Shown: one piece after another, positions 1 through 11,995 of the stretch | How positions within the stretch are numbered: the first letter of the stretch is position 1 | How the letters are laid out: every line of letters begins with the position of its first letter | DNA from: Mobula hypostoma | Taxonomy: Eukaryota | NCBI RefSeq assembly: GCF_963921235.1 | Contig: NC_086097.1 | Coordinates: 120,468,001-120,532,000 of the forward strand | DNA: 64,000 nucleotides | Direction of reading: 5' to 3' | The notes under the pieces: generated by a model | Seen by the model: the letters and a program-made list of their open reading frames with translations, nothing else | The model's database searches: none | Told to the model about the DNA's origin: nothing | Translations under genes and position numbers: made by a program

Positions 1-1619
1 CAGAATCAGCAGATTTTCTCTTGTTTGTGATTTCACAACATATGTCAGTGATATAAAATCTTCTTCTGATTTAGATTCTGAATGCTAAATCGCCAACCTT
101 CTCCCCACTGCTCACAGTCATTTGGAGCGCTACTGGGAGGAGATCGTCTTTGCCCGTGTGTCAGTGGATGGTGTTCTTTTCAGTGATCTGTGCTCTTCAT
201 AGCCTGGCTGGGCCACTGAATGGTTGCATAATGAGGATCCAGGGAGGAGCAGGGTCTCTGGCTCTGAGTTGGACTTGGGGAGTGAGGATAAATTTGGAGT
301 GGAATAAGGGGTCTATTGGGGAGAATAGACTATGCTGAACTTTGCTCTCATTGAGGTCAGGATTTTTAATGTATTTCCTTGCTCGAAGGCCAGCAATGTG
401 GACATAGGACTAGAGGCATCAGGGAAGCCAGTGACATGGATGTGTGATGAAAGTCATCTATGGATGTCCGGCTGTCCTGACTCCCCGTGTGACAACACTT
501 GCAGACTGGCTCCAACAAATTCCGATGAGTGTTGGCTGTTAACACAAATATCTGTTTCGAAGTGCATGTGATAAATAAATCTGTCTGAATCTGAATTTTA
601 TAAAAGGCCAAAACTGTCTGCAAAATTAATTCTGTAACGTTCTTTTTTAAATTGCCCTGGCCCTGCATTGATTAACAAGGAAATCCTTAGTGAAATTTCT
701 CACCTGCGTCATAATATGTCGGGAGCTGTGTATGGGTATGAGGTGCCCACCCTGAGGAAAGGACATGATAACATCTCCAAGCATTTTGCTGACAGTCACC
801 TATGGGGAGAAAGTGTAAAGCTGATGATCTATGAGCTATGTGCACCTTGAGAGAAGGTGTTAAATTCAGTACAGAGAATCAGAAACAGAATTAGGTTTAT
901 TATCAGTGACATATGTTGTAAAATTTGTTGTTTTGTAACAACAGTATAGTGCAAGACAAAAATTACTAAAAGATACAACGGGTGTATCTATGAACCTCAA
1001 GCACAACAGCTGTCAACTATCTGCAAATGTCCAGTTAGACAAACTAGGCCACTGCTACCATTAGCCTGAAAGAAACTCAAATCCATTAAAATGACACAGT
1101 ATTTGTTTGTGATTATAGATAATCCCTATAGACACTAACATTAGATCATTGACTTTGAAGGATTGTGCATATATTTTGGACTAATGGCTGCTTCTCCATG
1201 GGCATTGCCAAATTTAAATAAAGGATACCATATCTGACTTTCATTTTCAGCAAGCTATTGATGTAAGTCTTCCTGGGATTTATTAAATCTAGCAAGTATT
1301 TTGAATTGTATGAGATCTTGGCATTATCACTTTTAATGCTTGCCCGTGCATATCCTGAGGAAAACTCTGCCCTTAATGCAGTCATAGTTATTGCATGCTT
1401 GAAGCCATTAGTTGAAGGAATACCTTTATTAAACTTTTAAATTTCATTCAAAGGTTCAGTTTTGTTTCATTTCATGACAGATGAGGATTGGAATATTGTC
1501 TAGCTAGGGAGTCGGACATTTCAGTTTCTGATCCAGTTCACACTGAGCAGACATGCTGTCAGGTAGAAATTATATTATCCCCCAGAGGAAAGGAATAAAT
1601 TTCAGACAGGGCATAACCG

Positions 1620-2382
1620 TCCTTGGCATTATCATATCAGAGAATCTGTCCTGGGACCAGCATGCAAGTGCCATTACAAAGAAGGCTCAACAGTGCCTCT
1701 ACTTTCTTAGAAACTTGCATAGATGCAGCATGTCATCAAAAATTTTGACAAATGTCTATAGATGCACCGTGGAGAGTATCCTGACTGGTTGCATCATAGA
1801 CTGGTATGGAAACACCAATGCCCAAAAAATAGAAAAACCAAGATAAAATTAGTAGATACATTCCAGTCCTTCTCAGGCAAAGCCCTCACCCCCCCCACCC
1901 CCATTGAGCACACCTACAAGGAGTGCTGTTACAAAAAGTAACATCCAACATCAAGGAGCCCCACCATACAGGCCATGCTCTCTTCTCGCTGCTGATATCA
2001 AGAAGGAAATATAGGAGCCTGAGCTCCCACACCACCAGGTTCAGCAGCAGTTATGAATTCTACAACCATCAAGCTCCTGAACCAGTGTGGATTCACCTCA
2101 ACTCCGAGCTGATTTCACATCCGATGGACTAACTTTCAAGAACTCTGCAGCTCATGTTCTCAGTATTATTTACTTATTTATTTTTATTGTTTTGTATTTG
2201 CCCAGATTGTGTTCTTTTGCTCCTCGGTTGCTTGTCAGTCTTTGTATGTAGTTTCTTTTTGACTGCACTGTATTTCTTTGTTCTGCTGTGAATGCCCGCA
2301 AGAAACTGAGCCACAGGGTGGTATATAGTGACGTATACGTACTTTGATAAAAAAAAACTTACTTTGAACTTTTGAACTTTGA
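1620..2382 (+). mobile_element. 5'-truncated Rex/Babar-type LINE (RT C-terminal region and 3' tail)
   Basis: Translates to KKAQQCLYFLR...ILTNVYRCTVESILTGCI..WYGN and HHTGHALFSLL..RRKYRSL..HTTRF; ends in (ACTTTGA)n-like tail at ~2361-2382. Confidence 0.8.
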
Positions 2383-2725
2383 GTTGTCAGATTCAGGGAT
2401 GCAGTGCTGCTGGAGCTCACCGGCGCACCGCTCCAGCACCTCTGTAAAGAAAAGTCAAAATAAACAAGCAGGGAATTTAACAGCAGCCGCATATTAAATA
2501 GAGGGAATTTTACGGAAGTGGGGGTCGGGAAGAAGAGGGTGGTAACCGGTTGGGGAAAATACCACCAATAACATGAGGATATTTGATCATTTTTGGTGAA
2601 ATAATGGAGCTGTGACTGTTTTCTGAAATTCCTCCTCGCTCGACCCGTTGTCCCAGCATACCCTGCCGTTGCCTCCCGCCATTTCACAGATCCTCAGTCT
2701 CTCTCCAGCACTCATTGTTTGAGCG

Positions 2726-3137
2726 TTGTTCGCCGAGAAAATAAAAATCTTAGATCTTTTGAAAAGTAGCATGTCGCTTGCCAAAGTGGGCCGTAAGGTC
2801 GGTAAGAACGAATCGAGCATTCACACAATAAAGCAGAAAGAAGCTGAAATTCGTGGAAGTGTTAGTGCTGCCCCTATAGCGGCAAAAATGGTCTCTCTGG
2901 TTCTTGATAAAGTGCTTGCAAAGACTGAGAAAACGTTAAGTGTGTGGCTAGAGGACATGTCACAAAGCATATCCCTGTTGATGGCAAAATTATGCATGAA
3001 AAAGCACTTAGCCTCTAAGAGCACGACTGTGAGGGGGTTGAGGAGAGCGAGAGGAAGGAGTTTAAGGCTAGTAGGGGATGGCTGGCTAGCTACAGCCTCA
3101 AGAACTTAAAGATCACGGAGAATCGGCACGGCAGATG
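2726..3137 (+). pseudogene. Tigger/pogo (TIGD-like) transposase N-terminal HTH/CENP-B DNA-binding fragment
   Basis: KIKILDLLKSSMSLAKVGRKVGKNESSIHTIKQKE...LSVWLED, then after a frameshift IPVDGKIMHEKALSL*...EFKASRGWL...LKNLKIT; no DDE domain follows. Confidence 0.8.
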
Positions 3138-4368
3138 TACCAAGTATCCGATTATGGAGCCGATCGAAGTACACGCTTGAAGTCTCTCAGAAAAAAATTG
3201 TTGATCACAAACTATCGAAAGCTCACACTGCTGCCCTGAGTGTTCAAAGTAAAGCTAGTGAAGATGCTCTTGGAGAATTATGTGACACCATGAATGCTTC
3301 GCATCTATAGGCAACTTGTTCAATTTTTCGTTCTGCATATTATTTAGCTCAGAATGACAGACCACACTCTGATCACTTTGGCTTATTGGAACTTCAAAAA
3401 AAAATGGTATTGACATTAGAATTGGGCTGCATTCCTGCACTAGTGCTACAGAGGTAATTAACCACATAGCCATTGATATGAAAAAGAAAATTTGCCAGCA
3501 TATCAAGCGGATAAATGGCAAGTTTTCTGTTCTCATTGATGAATCAACAAGCCTGAGCATTAAGACCGCCTTAATAGTTTATTTGAAATGTGAAAGTGAT
3601 GAGGAAGGTGATCCCCATTTTATGTTTTTAGATCTAATTGAACTGCCTGATCAGAAAGCTGCAACTATTGCTAAGCATCTATTAAACTGTCTCAATAACC
3701 ATGGGTTTAATGACTCTTACTTGAAACAGAACCTTGAGCAATTGCCAGTGATGGGGCGAGTGTAATGCTTGGTGTCAAATCTGGTGTTGCTACAATTCTC
3801 AAGGAACGTTACCCTGATGTGATAATTTGGCACGGTCTTAATCATAGATTAGAACTTGCAGTAGGTGATTCGGTGAGAGAAGTTCATGGAATAAATCATT
3901 TTCAATCATTTATGGACAAATTGCACTCTGTTTACAGTAGATCACCTCTAAACCAAAAGGAATTGTCTGAGTGTGCTTCTCAACTAGAACAACAAATTTG
4001 CAAAATAGGTCATGTTCTGGGCACGAGCTCGTTTTGAACAGTTTCAGCAGTGTGGCAAAATTATGAAGCACTGTGTTTTCATTTTGAAAAAGCAATGAAG
4101 GATGAAGCAAGATCGGGGAGTGACAGAAAAACCTATGAAGGTTTGTCAAAAAGACTTTCTTCAGAACAGTTTCTATTGGACTTAGATCTAATGTATGACA
4201 CGTTGCATGAACTTGGTTTGCTGTCAGAGTGTTTACAGGAACGCACTACTACGATTGTTTATGCAGACAAACTGATGCAATGGAGCATAAGATCACTGCA
4301 CGGACTGAAAGAGCAACCTGGTACAAAAACTCTAGAAGCTCAAGAGGCAGTTGAAAATGGGAAGTTTG

Positions 4369-5640
4369 ATCTCATCCATTGTAATGGAAGTATCTAATAA
4401 AGAAGACATATCCTGTGAAATCTGAGGGAAGTCTAACTTATCTAAAAAATCATTCATATATTTAGAATCTCGAGGAGACTCTGATTGATATAAAGAAGAA
4501 TAAAAATCACAAAAGGTTTGATTAATCCCCACATGATCCAATATCAATCGATCATTTTGGTTATAAATCTGATTGATTTGAGATTTAACATAATTAGATT
4601 TCAATTGATTAGCCAGCAGCTTGCCAATTTTATCACTGTGAACATAAAAATCACTTCTTGTTTTCTTTAATTGGTTTACAATCGAGGACGAGAGTAGTAA
4701 ACTGTGTTCCATTTGAAGTTCAGTTCTTTGTTTGTATAGCTCCTCAGAAGGAGCCATAACATATTTCTTATCAATTTCTTTAATCTTGTCCACAATTGCC
4801 ATCTCCTCCTGCTTCTGTTTCTTCCTCAAAGCAACGGAATACGAAATAATCTGACCCCGAATATAGGCTTTAAAAGTGTCCCAAAGAGTGTTAACCGAAA
4901 TATCTTCTGTATGGTTAATTATAAAAAAAAGCTCAATCTGTTCATTCATAAAATTAACAAAGTCCGAGTCCTGAAGCAACAGCGAATTAAAACGCCATTG
5001 TCTATTGTTTGGTATATTGGCCATAATTTTAATAGAAAGCTTAAGTGGAGCATGATCCGAAATGGTTATAGAATCATAATCACATTTAATCACTGAAGGA
5101 ATGAGACGAGAATCAATAAAAAAATAATCAATTCTTGAATAGGAATGATGAACATGTGAAAAAAAGGAAAAATCTTTTTCCTGAGGATGCAGAAAATGCC
5201 AAATATCCGTCGACCCAGAATCAGAAAGGAAAAAATTAATCAAATTTGCAGATTTATTAGGTAAAGTCCGTAAAGGAGCCGAACGGTCCAAAGCTGGAGA
5301 TAAACAGGTATTAAGATCTCCGCCCCAAATCAATGAAATTCGGAAACTGATCAAACAATGATTTATAAAATTCCGGACAATCCATATTAGGAGCATAAAC
5401 ATTAACCAAAACTACTTTTTTATTAAATAGTAAACCACTAACCAATAAAAATCTACCATTCGGATCAGAGATAATATCCTGTTGTATAAAAGTAACTGAG
5501 GAGTCTATAAAAATAGAGACGCCTCGAATCTTAGCATTGGAGTTCGAATGAAATTGTTGTCCCTTCCAGAATTTGAAAAAACGTAGTCTGTCCCCCCTCC
5601 GTACATGGGTCTCTTGTAAAAATAAAATTTGTGCTTTTTT
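4369..5640 (-). pseudogene. L1 ORF2 N-terminal APE endonuclease and linker (inverted segment)
   Basis: Minus strand: ILFLQETH, NVYAPN, (frameshift) IWGGDLN, YSRIDYFF, ISDHAP, WRFNSLLL, LWDTFKAYIRG, ending SITMDEIK. Confidence 0.92.
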
Positions 5641-5643
5641 GTG

Positions 5644-8044
5644 AATGTTATTTTTTCTATGAATCTGGGGAAAGCTCCTGGCCCTGATGGGTTTACCGTT
5701 GAATTTTATAAATGTTTTGCTTCTTTATTGATTCCTTGGCTCTATAAGGTTTTTGAGGCTTCTTTGAAACTTGGTAAACTTCCGGAATCTTTTAATAGAG
5801 CATCAATTTCTTTAATACTAAAGAAGGATAAAGACCCTGCTCAATGTGCATCTTATAGACGAATATCTTTATTAAATGTTGATTCTAAAGTTTTTTCTAA
5901 GTTATTAGCAAATAGACTAGAAAAAGTACTTCCTTCTATTATTTCGGAAGACCAAACGGGTTTTATTAAAGGTCGTTACTCTTTTTATAATATTCGTACA
6001 TTGTTAAATATCGTTTATACTCCCTCACAAAATGTTCCTGAGTGTGTTATTTCTTTAGATGCCGAGAAAGCTTTTGATAGAGTAGAATGGCCTTATTTAT
6101 TTAAGGTGCTTGAAATGTTTAATTTTAGCTTGAAATTTATATCCTGGATTAAACTGTTATATCACTCCCCTGTAGCCTCGGTTCGTACTAACTCCTTAAA
6201 CTCACCTTTTTTTCCTCTCTTTCGTGGTACTCGACAAGGCTGTCCTCTTAGTCCCCTATTATTTGATATTGCATTAGAACCTCTTGCAATTGCTATTCGA
6301 GAATCTTCAAATATTACTGGGATAACTCGGGGATTAAAGTCCCATAAATTATCACTCTATGCTGATGATTTACTTTTATATATTTCTAATCCTGAGAGAT
6401 CCATTCCTGCTGTTTTAGAGTTATTAGCACAATTTGGTCTTTTCTCAGGTTATAAATTAAATCTTAGTAAGAGTGAACTTTTTCCGATTAATAAACATCT
6501 TCCCTTATATTATAAATTTCCATTTAAATTGATTAATAATTACTTTTCATATCTTGGGATTAAAATTACTTGTAAACATAAAGATTTATTTAAGACTAAC
6601 TTTTTACCATTAATAGACCATATTACTCAACTTTCATCTAAATGGTTTCCCTTATATTTAACTTTGATTGGTCGTATTAATGCAGTTAAGATGTTTTTTT
6701 TGCCAAAATTTTTATATGTGTTTCAGGCATTACCAATTTTCGTTCCTAAATCTTTTTTTGATAAAGTTGACTCTAAAATTTCTTCATTTATTTGGCAGAA
6801 TAAGAATCCGAGACTGGGTAAAATACATTTACAGAAAGCTAAGAGAGATGGAGGTTTAGCATTACCTAACTTTAGATTTTATTATTGGGCTATTAATATT
6901 CGACATATGAAATTTTGGTTACTTGACCGGGACATACTATCTATTCCTAAATGGGTAGCATTGGAATTACAATCTGTTCAGGGTTATACACTTGGTTCTA
7001 TTTTAGGTTCCTCTCTTCCTTTTGATTCGAAACGTCTTAAGCAGGTCTCTAACCCGATAGTTAAATATGCTTTGCGCATTTGGTTTCAATTCAGAAAATT
7101 TTTTGATCTTAATCAATTCGGGTTAGCGATTCCTATTTTAGGTAACATATTTTTTCCTCCCTCTTTTACGGATCGCGCTTTTCAAACTTGGAAGACTAAG
7201 GGTATTTTACGGTTTTTGGATTTATTTTTAGATGGTTCCCTTATGTCTTTTGAACAATTATCTAATAAATATAACTTATCAAGAATACATTTTTTTAGAT
7301 ATTTACAAGTTAGAAATTTCCTAAGTACTATACTTTCTTCCTTTCCAATGCTTCCTCCTATATATATTTTAGATTCGATAATTAACCTTAATCCATGTCA
7401 GAAAGGTGCATCGGCTATGATTTATAATATTATTATGAAACTTAGGAAAGCTCCATTTGATAAGATTAGGGTAGATTGGGAACAGGAATTGGGGCTTACC
7501 ATTTCTGTGGATGATTGGGGGCAGATTTTACAATTAGTTAATACTTCCTCTATTTGTGCTAAACATTCCCTAATTCAATTTAAAGTGGTTCATAGAGCAC
7601 ATATGTCCAAAGATAAGTTAGCGCGTTTTTACTCGCATATTAATCCTTTCTGTGATAGATGTTCGGGGCAGATAGCCTCTTTAACTCATATGTTTTGGTC
7701 TTGCCCTACTTTGGAAACTTTTTGGAGAGATATTTTCAATATTATTTCTAAGGTATTAAATATAGATATCTCTCCTCACCCTATTACTGCTATCTTTGGA
7801 CTACCTAAAATTTCTAGTAATCTTTCCCCTTCAGCCCGTAGAATGATTTGCATTTCTTACTTTAATGGCGAAAAGATGTATTTTACAACATTGGAAAGAG
7901 CTTAATGCTCCAACTACCTTTTTTTGGTTTTCTCAGACGATTTTATGTTTGAATCTGGAGAAAATTAGAAGTAACCTTTATGATTCTTCATTTAAATTTG
8001 AACAGATTTGGGGACCTTTTATTCGATATTTTCATTTAATGTAA
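5644..8044 (+). pseudogene. L1 ORF2 reverse transcriptase and C-terminal CCHC region
   Basis: GKAPGPDGF, LDAEKAFDRVEW, GTRQGCPLSP, LYADD, CDRC..HMFWSC; a frameshift near 7848 restores MIAFLTLMAKRCILQHWK...IWGPF to TAA at 8042-8044. Confidence 0.95.
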
Positions 8045-8920
8045 TATTTACCCTTCTTGTTTTTTCTTCACTGTTTTAATGGAGGTCGGGATTGAGGACG
8101 TGATTTTAAGTTTAACTCTGTTTGGTTTCAAGTTAGCCCATTGCTTTGCTTTGCTTTTAGTTAGTTGCACGGTGGGTTTTTTTTTGGGGTTTTTTTTTCT
8201 TTTTTTTTTCCATTGATATATATAAAATCTAGTATACTATTATGTTATTTTGGTTTCCTATGCTTAAATTACATTGTTTGTAGTACTTTCTTTTTGGTAT
8301 TGTTATCTTTTGGAATTTTATTATACTTTAACATTGTATTAATGTTTATATGGCTTACCTTTTTTGTATACTTACTCAATAAAAAGATTTAAAAAGAAAG
8401 AAAATGGGAAGTTTGGAGAAATTACCTTAACAAGCAACATCAAAATTGTCTCCATTAATTATCTACAGTTTCCTATTAGACTTATAAACAATTTGCACCA
8501 CCGTATGTTCACGGCAGCATCCTTGAAAGGTTCTCAAACTTCTAAACATCGAAGTATGTATAAATCCCTGCTAAATGAAATGTGTGTCCTTGATAAAGAT
8601 AACTGGCCTGCTGAAATACCTTCTAATTATGGAGAAGCTGCAATATCATCTCTCTGTAAGAGGTTTAAGCTTTCTTCTTTCTCTGTAATAAATGCCTTCG
8701 GAGATTATGTGGAGGATCATGGATGCTGCATCCCCCAAGATTTACGCCCATTACTCAGCTGTTCACAAGTTATTCCTATTAGTACTGATGAGTGTGAGGG
8801 GGGATTCAGTCACATGAACTTGATAATAACAACAACACGCTCAAGAATTCTCATAAAGCATGTTTCACCACTTATGTTTGTTAAACTACACGGACCTCCT
8901 CTAGTTCAGTGGAATCCTGA

Positions 8921-9080
8921 GCTGACACCAGGACAAGAGTTGTTTCAGACCCCTGAATACATATTATGCCTGACCCTTTGTGGAAATTATTGTGAAACTT
9001 CTCATTGGTGGCATTGACTGTAACGAAAATCAATCAATTTCCCCGGAATCAATAAAGTATGACTCTGACTATGACTATGA
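8921..9080 (+). mobile_element. Short LINE-tail insertion at the end of the hAT transposase
   Basis: Ends AATAAAGTATGACTCTGACTATGACTATGA; transposase similarity stops at WNPE (8920). Confidence 0.55.
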
Positions 9081-9354
9081 ATATTTGGTAAGTAGGTAAT
9101 TACTCTTAAATTGGTAAAATACATGATTACCATCTTTTTCTTTACTTACTTGATAATCATATTTTATAATAATTAGTGAGTGCAACTGTGCAATGCTTTA
9201 TCATATTATTAAATTAGGTATTATATGTTTTATTGTACCAGTTATACACTGAAATGTAGTGATAGGCTATAATCTTGTTAATGTCTTAACTATCACTTTA
9301 TTTCTGTGTTCTGGAATTCATATATTCCTTTCATCTTGGTTTAGTGCTTGACAT

Positions 9355-10836
9355 TGTTACGAGACACGCAGACTCGTACTGTGAGTGTTACTCTAAGAAC
9401 ACCTGAGTGAGGTGGGACTATGACGTCAGTCACAGGCTGCTGCAGACTTAAACTCATATATATATAGAGAGAGAGAGAACAGTTACTCTCACAGTCTTCA
9501 CAAGACTTGGAACTATGAACTGCTGGGGCAAGTTTGCTCCAGAATGGGTGAAATCGAAAGCTTTCCCATTACCCAAAAGATTGGGTTAATCGGCAATACT
9601 GGGCACAACGAATATGTGACTGTCACTTCGTATCATCCATAAGAGTAGATTTTGGGGATACTCTGTGGGACCACTTGTGTTAACCCTTGCCTGGGTACGT
9701 TGTGTGGTAACCACTTGAAGACGATATTCTTGTGACAGGTCACTTTTGGTGATAATTTGTATGTGGACGGATTCAATGGACAAGACATTTGGCGAGTATT
9801 ACTTTGTTTACCTGAGGTGAAACCTGTGATTCTTTGAATCACATTCCCTCTATGTACTTCTAAGTGTATTACAACTCTCTCTCCCATCATCTATTCTACT
9901 TTGCCACCTGAATCTTAAGACTTCAAGAATTATTCTTAAGGTGATAGTTACACATATATACACATAACACTGTTAACTTTTGTTTATCTCGTTAAGTTAC
10001 TATATTATGAGTAGATGTAGCCCCCTGGTGAGCCTCTGGCTTGCTCAACTCACTTTTGTCTAGGGGGAACAGCCTTCGACCCCGCCAGATTGGGTAATCA
10101 AGTTTGTGTGGATGCTGTGTGATGTACCCCACCCCACCAAATAACAAACAGTGCACCATATACAATTAAATGATTACACTTTATAGATCTTACTGGAACT
10201 ATGTAATTAATAGAGATAAAATATAAAAGGAAAATAAAAGGCGCCAAATTTATCAAAGTTCAGCCACTTCGTGCACACAGTTGGAGCTCAATTAACAGAG
10301 TTTTCTTTCCACCATTCGATCCCCTCTGACCCCCTCGACCCCCCGCCTGGGACCAACCACGGTGGTCGATCAGAGTGTGTCCAGCACGTCCAGTCCGCAT
10401 TGGTCTCCTCCCCAAAACCCTGGGCCTTGGACTCCCACCCGGGGTCCGTCCTGTTGCCCAGCTTACAGCATCGCGTCTCCTCTCTCTGTCACCAACCACC
10501 TTCTGTTCCAAAGCCTGTGAAAAACAATAGCTTACAGACACACAAGAAAGAATAACATCTATTCCAATCGGATAGCAAATGAATACAATTCTCATTATCA
10601 GTAATATAACCCAAACAAGCTGCTAGAGAGAGAACTTTCTCAGCAGTTAACATAACAAAGAAGCCATTTTATTCTAACATAACAAAGAAGCCATTTTCAT
10701 TAGCCTCAGCAGTAACATAAAATAAGAAACCCCTTACATAGATACTAATAAAGATAGTGGTTTTTAACATTAAAACCCGCATCAGTGTGAAATCTCTTGC
10801 TGCTGGTTCGTTTCTAAAATGTTACATTTCGTAACA
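9355..10836 (+). mobile_element. Solo LTR (Gypsy-type, ~755 bp net) containing a nested LTR
   Basis: Termini TGTTACGA...TCGTAACA; 4-bp TSD ACAT (9351-9354, 10837-10840); AATAAA near 10747; ends resemble the LTRs at 52887 and 56964. Confidence 0.85.
10016..10738 (-). mobile_element. Solo LTR nested in the preceding solo LTR
   Basis: TGTA...TACA termini; 4-bp TSD TAGA (10012-10015, 10739-10742); orientation is tentative. Confidence 0.82.
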
Positions 10837-10868
10837 ACATTTTAAGAAGCCCTATTCATATATATATA

Positions 10869-10963
10869 TGTCACACCCAATTTGTGTACCTGCTCATTAC
10901 ATGAATGGGGCAAGGAAGTTGCCCAGTACATGAAATGAGCAGGTACACAAAGTGGGTGTGACA
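10869..10963. repeat. ~95-bp hairpin (MITE-like) within a (TA)n tract
   Basis: 45-bp arms TGTCACACCCAATTTGTGTACCTGCTCATT... and ...AATGAGCAGGTACACAAAGTGGGTGTGACA, 5-nt loop, TA runs on both sides. Confidence 0.85.
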
Positions 10964-11559
10964 TATATATAGAGAGGATATGGGAAATGACAAGCATTTT
11001 ATCAGCTCCGGCACCTAAAAAATTAGCACTGCACCCTTGCTCAGTTTGGTTTTCTTTTTAAAGTAGGAAACTGGTGGAGATTTAGATGTAAGGCAAGGCT
11101 CTTGTCCATAAGACATAAGACACAAGACATAAAACATAACATTGTCAATTGCATAAGAACGCGTTGGGAATCCTGGTAGAAAACCAAAATGTGTGTTCTT
11201 CATGAAAATAGAGGTCCTCTAATTAAGATAAAGACATAGTATCTCTAAGCATTCTGAATATGCAGCATCTTCAGATGGAGTTTAAAAACCTTTAAATTTA
11301 GGAACTGAAATTCAACATGAAATAAAGGAACTTCAGACTCCTGGAAACAATTTCTTCAAATATAAATACACTTTTGCTTTTCCAAGTCATAAGTCCTTTC
11401 AGTAACAACATTTTAAGGCATTAATATCACAAGGAATTGAAATCATGAAGTGAATTGTACTGAGAAATATCCAGTCTGTGGTTGGTCATCGTGGACAGTT
11501 AGATTTATGCAATTCTTCTGTTGTGCAAGAACTGCACAAAGAAACTTATGTGGGTAAGG

Positions 11560-11995
11560 GTTTTAAAGTGGTTGCACTAGGGCAGTTCTATTTTCATGAT
11601 CTCAGAAGTCTGGGTCCAGTATGAATAAACATCACAACAATGGTTTTGTGTCACTGCACTGGATGATCATGAATTCCTCAGTGACTTGTCTGGATCTTTG
11701 CTGTCCATGAAGTATTGCAGAACCACCCTCCTGGCTGTTGGATTTCACTGTTGACCTCATCTGACCAGTCTGCTAGGGCTGACTTTGCATGCTAGGACAG
11801 GTATGCCTTGATCTCAGATGGGTGTGAGGCTCACTGGCACCCTCAACTGGTTTAGCCTGCCTGTCAAAGTGGTATACCGGGTCATGGGGGCTATCATGTG
11901 TAAGCAGCTATTTAGAGATACAAGTGAGAGCCAAGTATCTGGTGGGGACCAAAGGTGAGAGAGCTGTTTCAGAGTGGACACAAGAAGCCCCATCA
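11560..11995 (-). repeat. Interspersed repeat, inverted homologue of 60410-60780 (possibly RTE-LINE 5' UTR derived)
   Basis: Shared blocks with 60410-60780, e.g. GTGGGGACCAAAGGTGAG vs CTCATCTTTAGTCCCCAC and CTCCTGGCTGTTGGATTTCACTGTT vs AACAGTGAGATCCAATGGCCAGGAG; family assignment tentative. Confidence 0.55.

Larger units (their letters stand above)
4369..8399 (+). mobile_element. L1-clade LINE, 5'-truncated with 5' inversion
   Basis: 16-bp TSD GAAAATGGGAAGTTTG at 4353-4368 and 8400-8415; AATAAA 8378-8383 then A-rich tail; endonuclease part on minus strand, RT part on plus strand. Confidence 0.95.
3138..8920 (+). pseudogene. hAT transposase pseudogene, KIAA1586-like, split by L1 (coding parts 3138-4368 and 8400-8920)
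   Basis: SLRKKIVDHKLSKAH, IFRSAYYLAQNDRP, FSVLIDEST, IIWHGLNHRLELAVGD, C-terminal dimerisation motif IPISTDECEGGFSHMNLI..FVKLHGPPL; frameshifts and stops; removing the L1 rejoins EAVENGKF|GEITLTSN in frame. Confidence 0.85.
2394..11039 (+). mobile_element. hAT DNA transposon (KIAA1586/ZNF862-like transposase), defective, with several nested insertions
   Basis: Left TIR CAGGGATGCAGTGCT (2394-2408) vs reverse complement of right end CAAGGGTGCAGTGCT (11025-11039), 13/15; 8-bp flanks GTCAGATT (2386-2393) and CTCAGTTT (11040-11047), 6/8; subterminal GCTCC(A/G)GCACCT at both ends; internal transposase remnants. Confidence 0.85.

Noticed and set aside
3138..8920. Host KIAA1586 or ZNF862 gene
   Set aside because: Multiple frameshifts and stops, L1 disruption, and enclosure by TIRs and TSD indicate a transposon copy
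8364..9017. 217-aa ORF as an independent gene
   Set aside because: It starts in the L1 tail, runs through the hAT C-terminus and ends in another insertion
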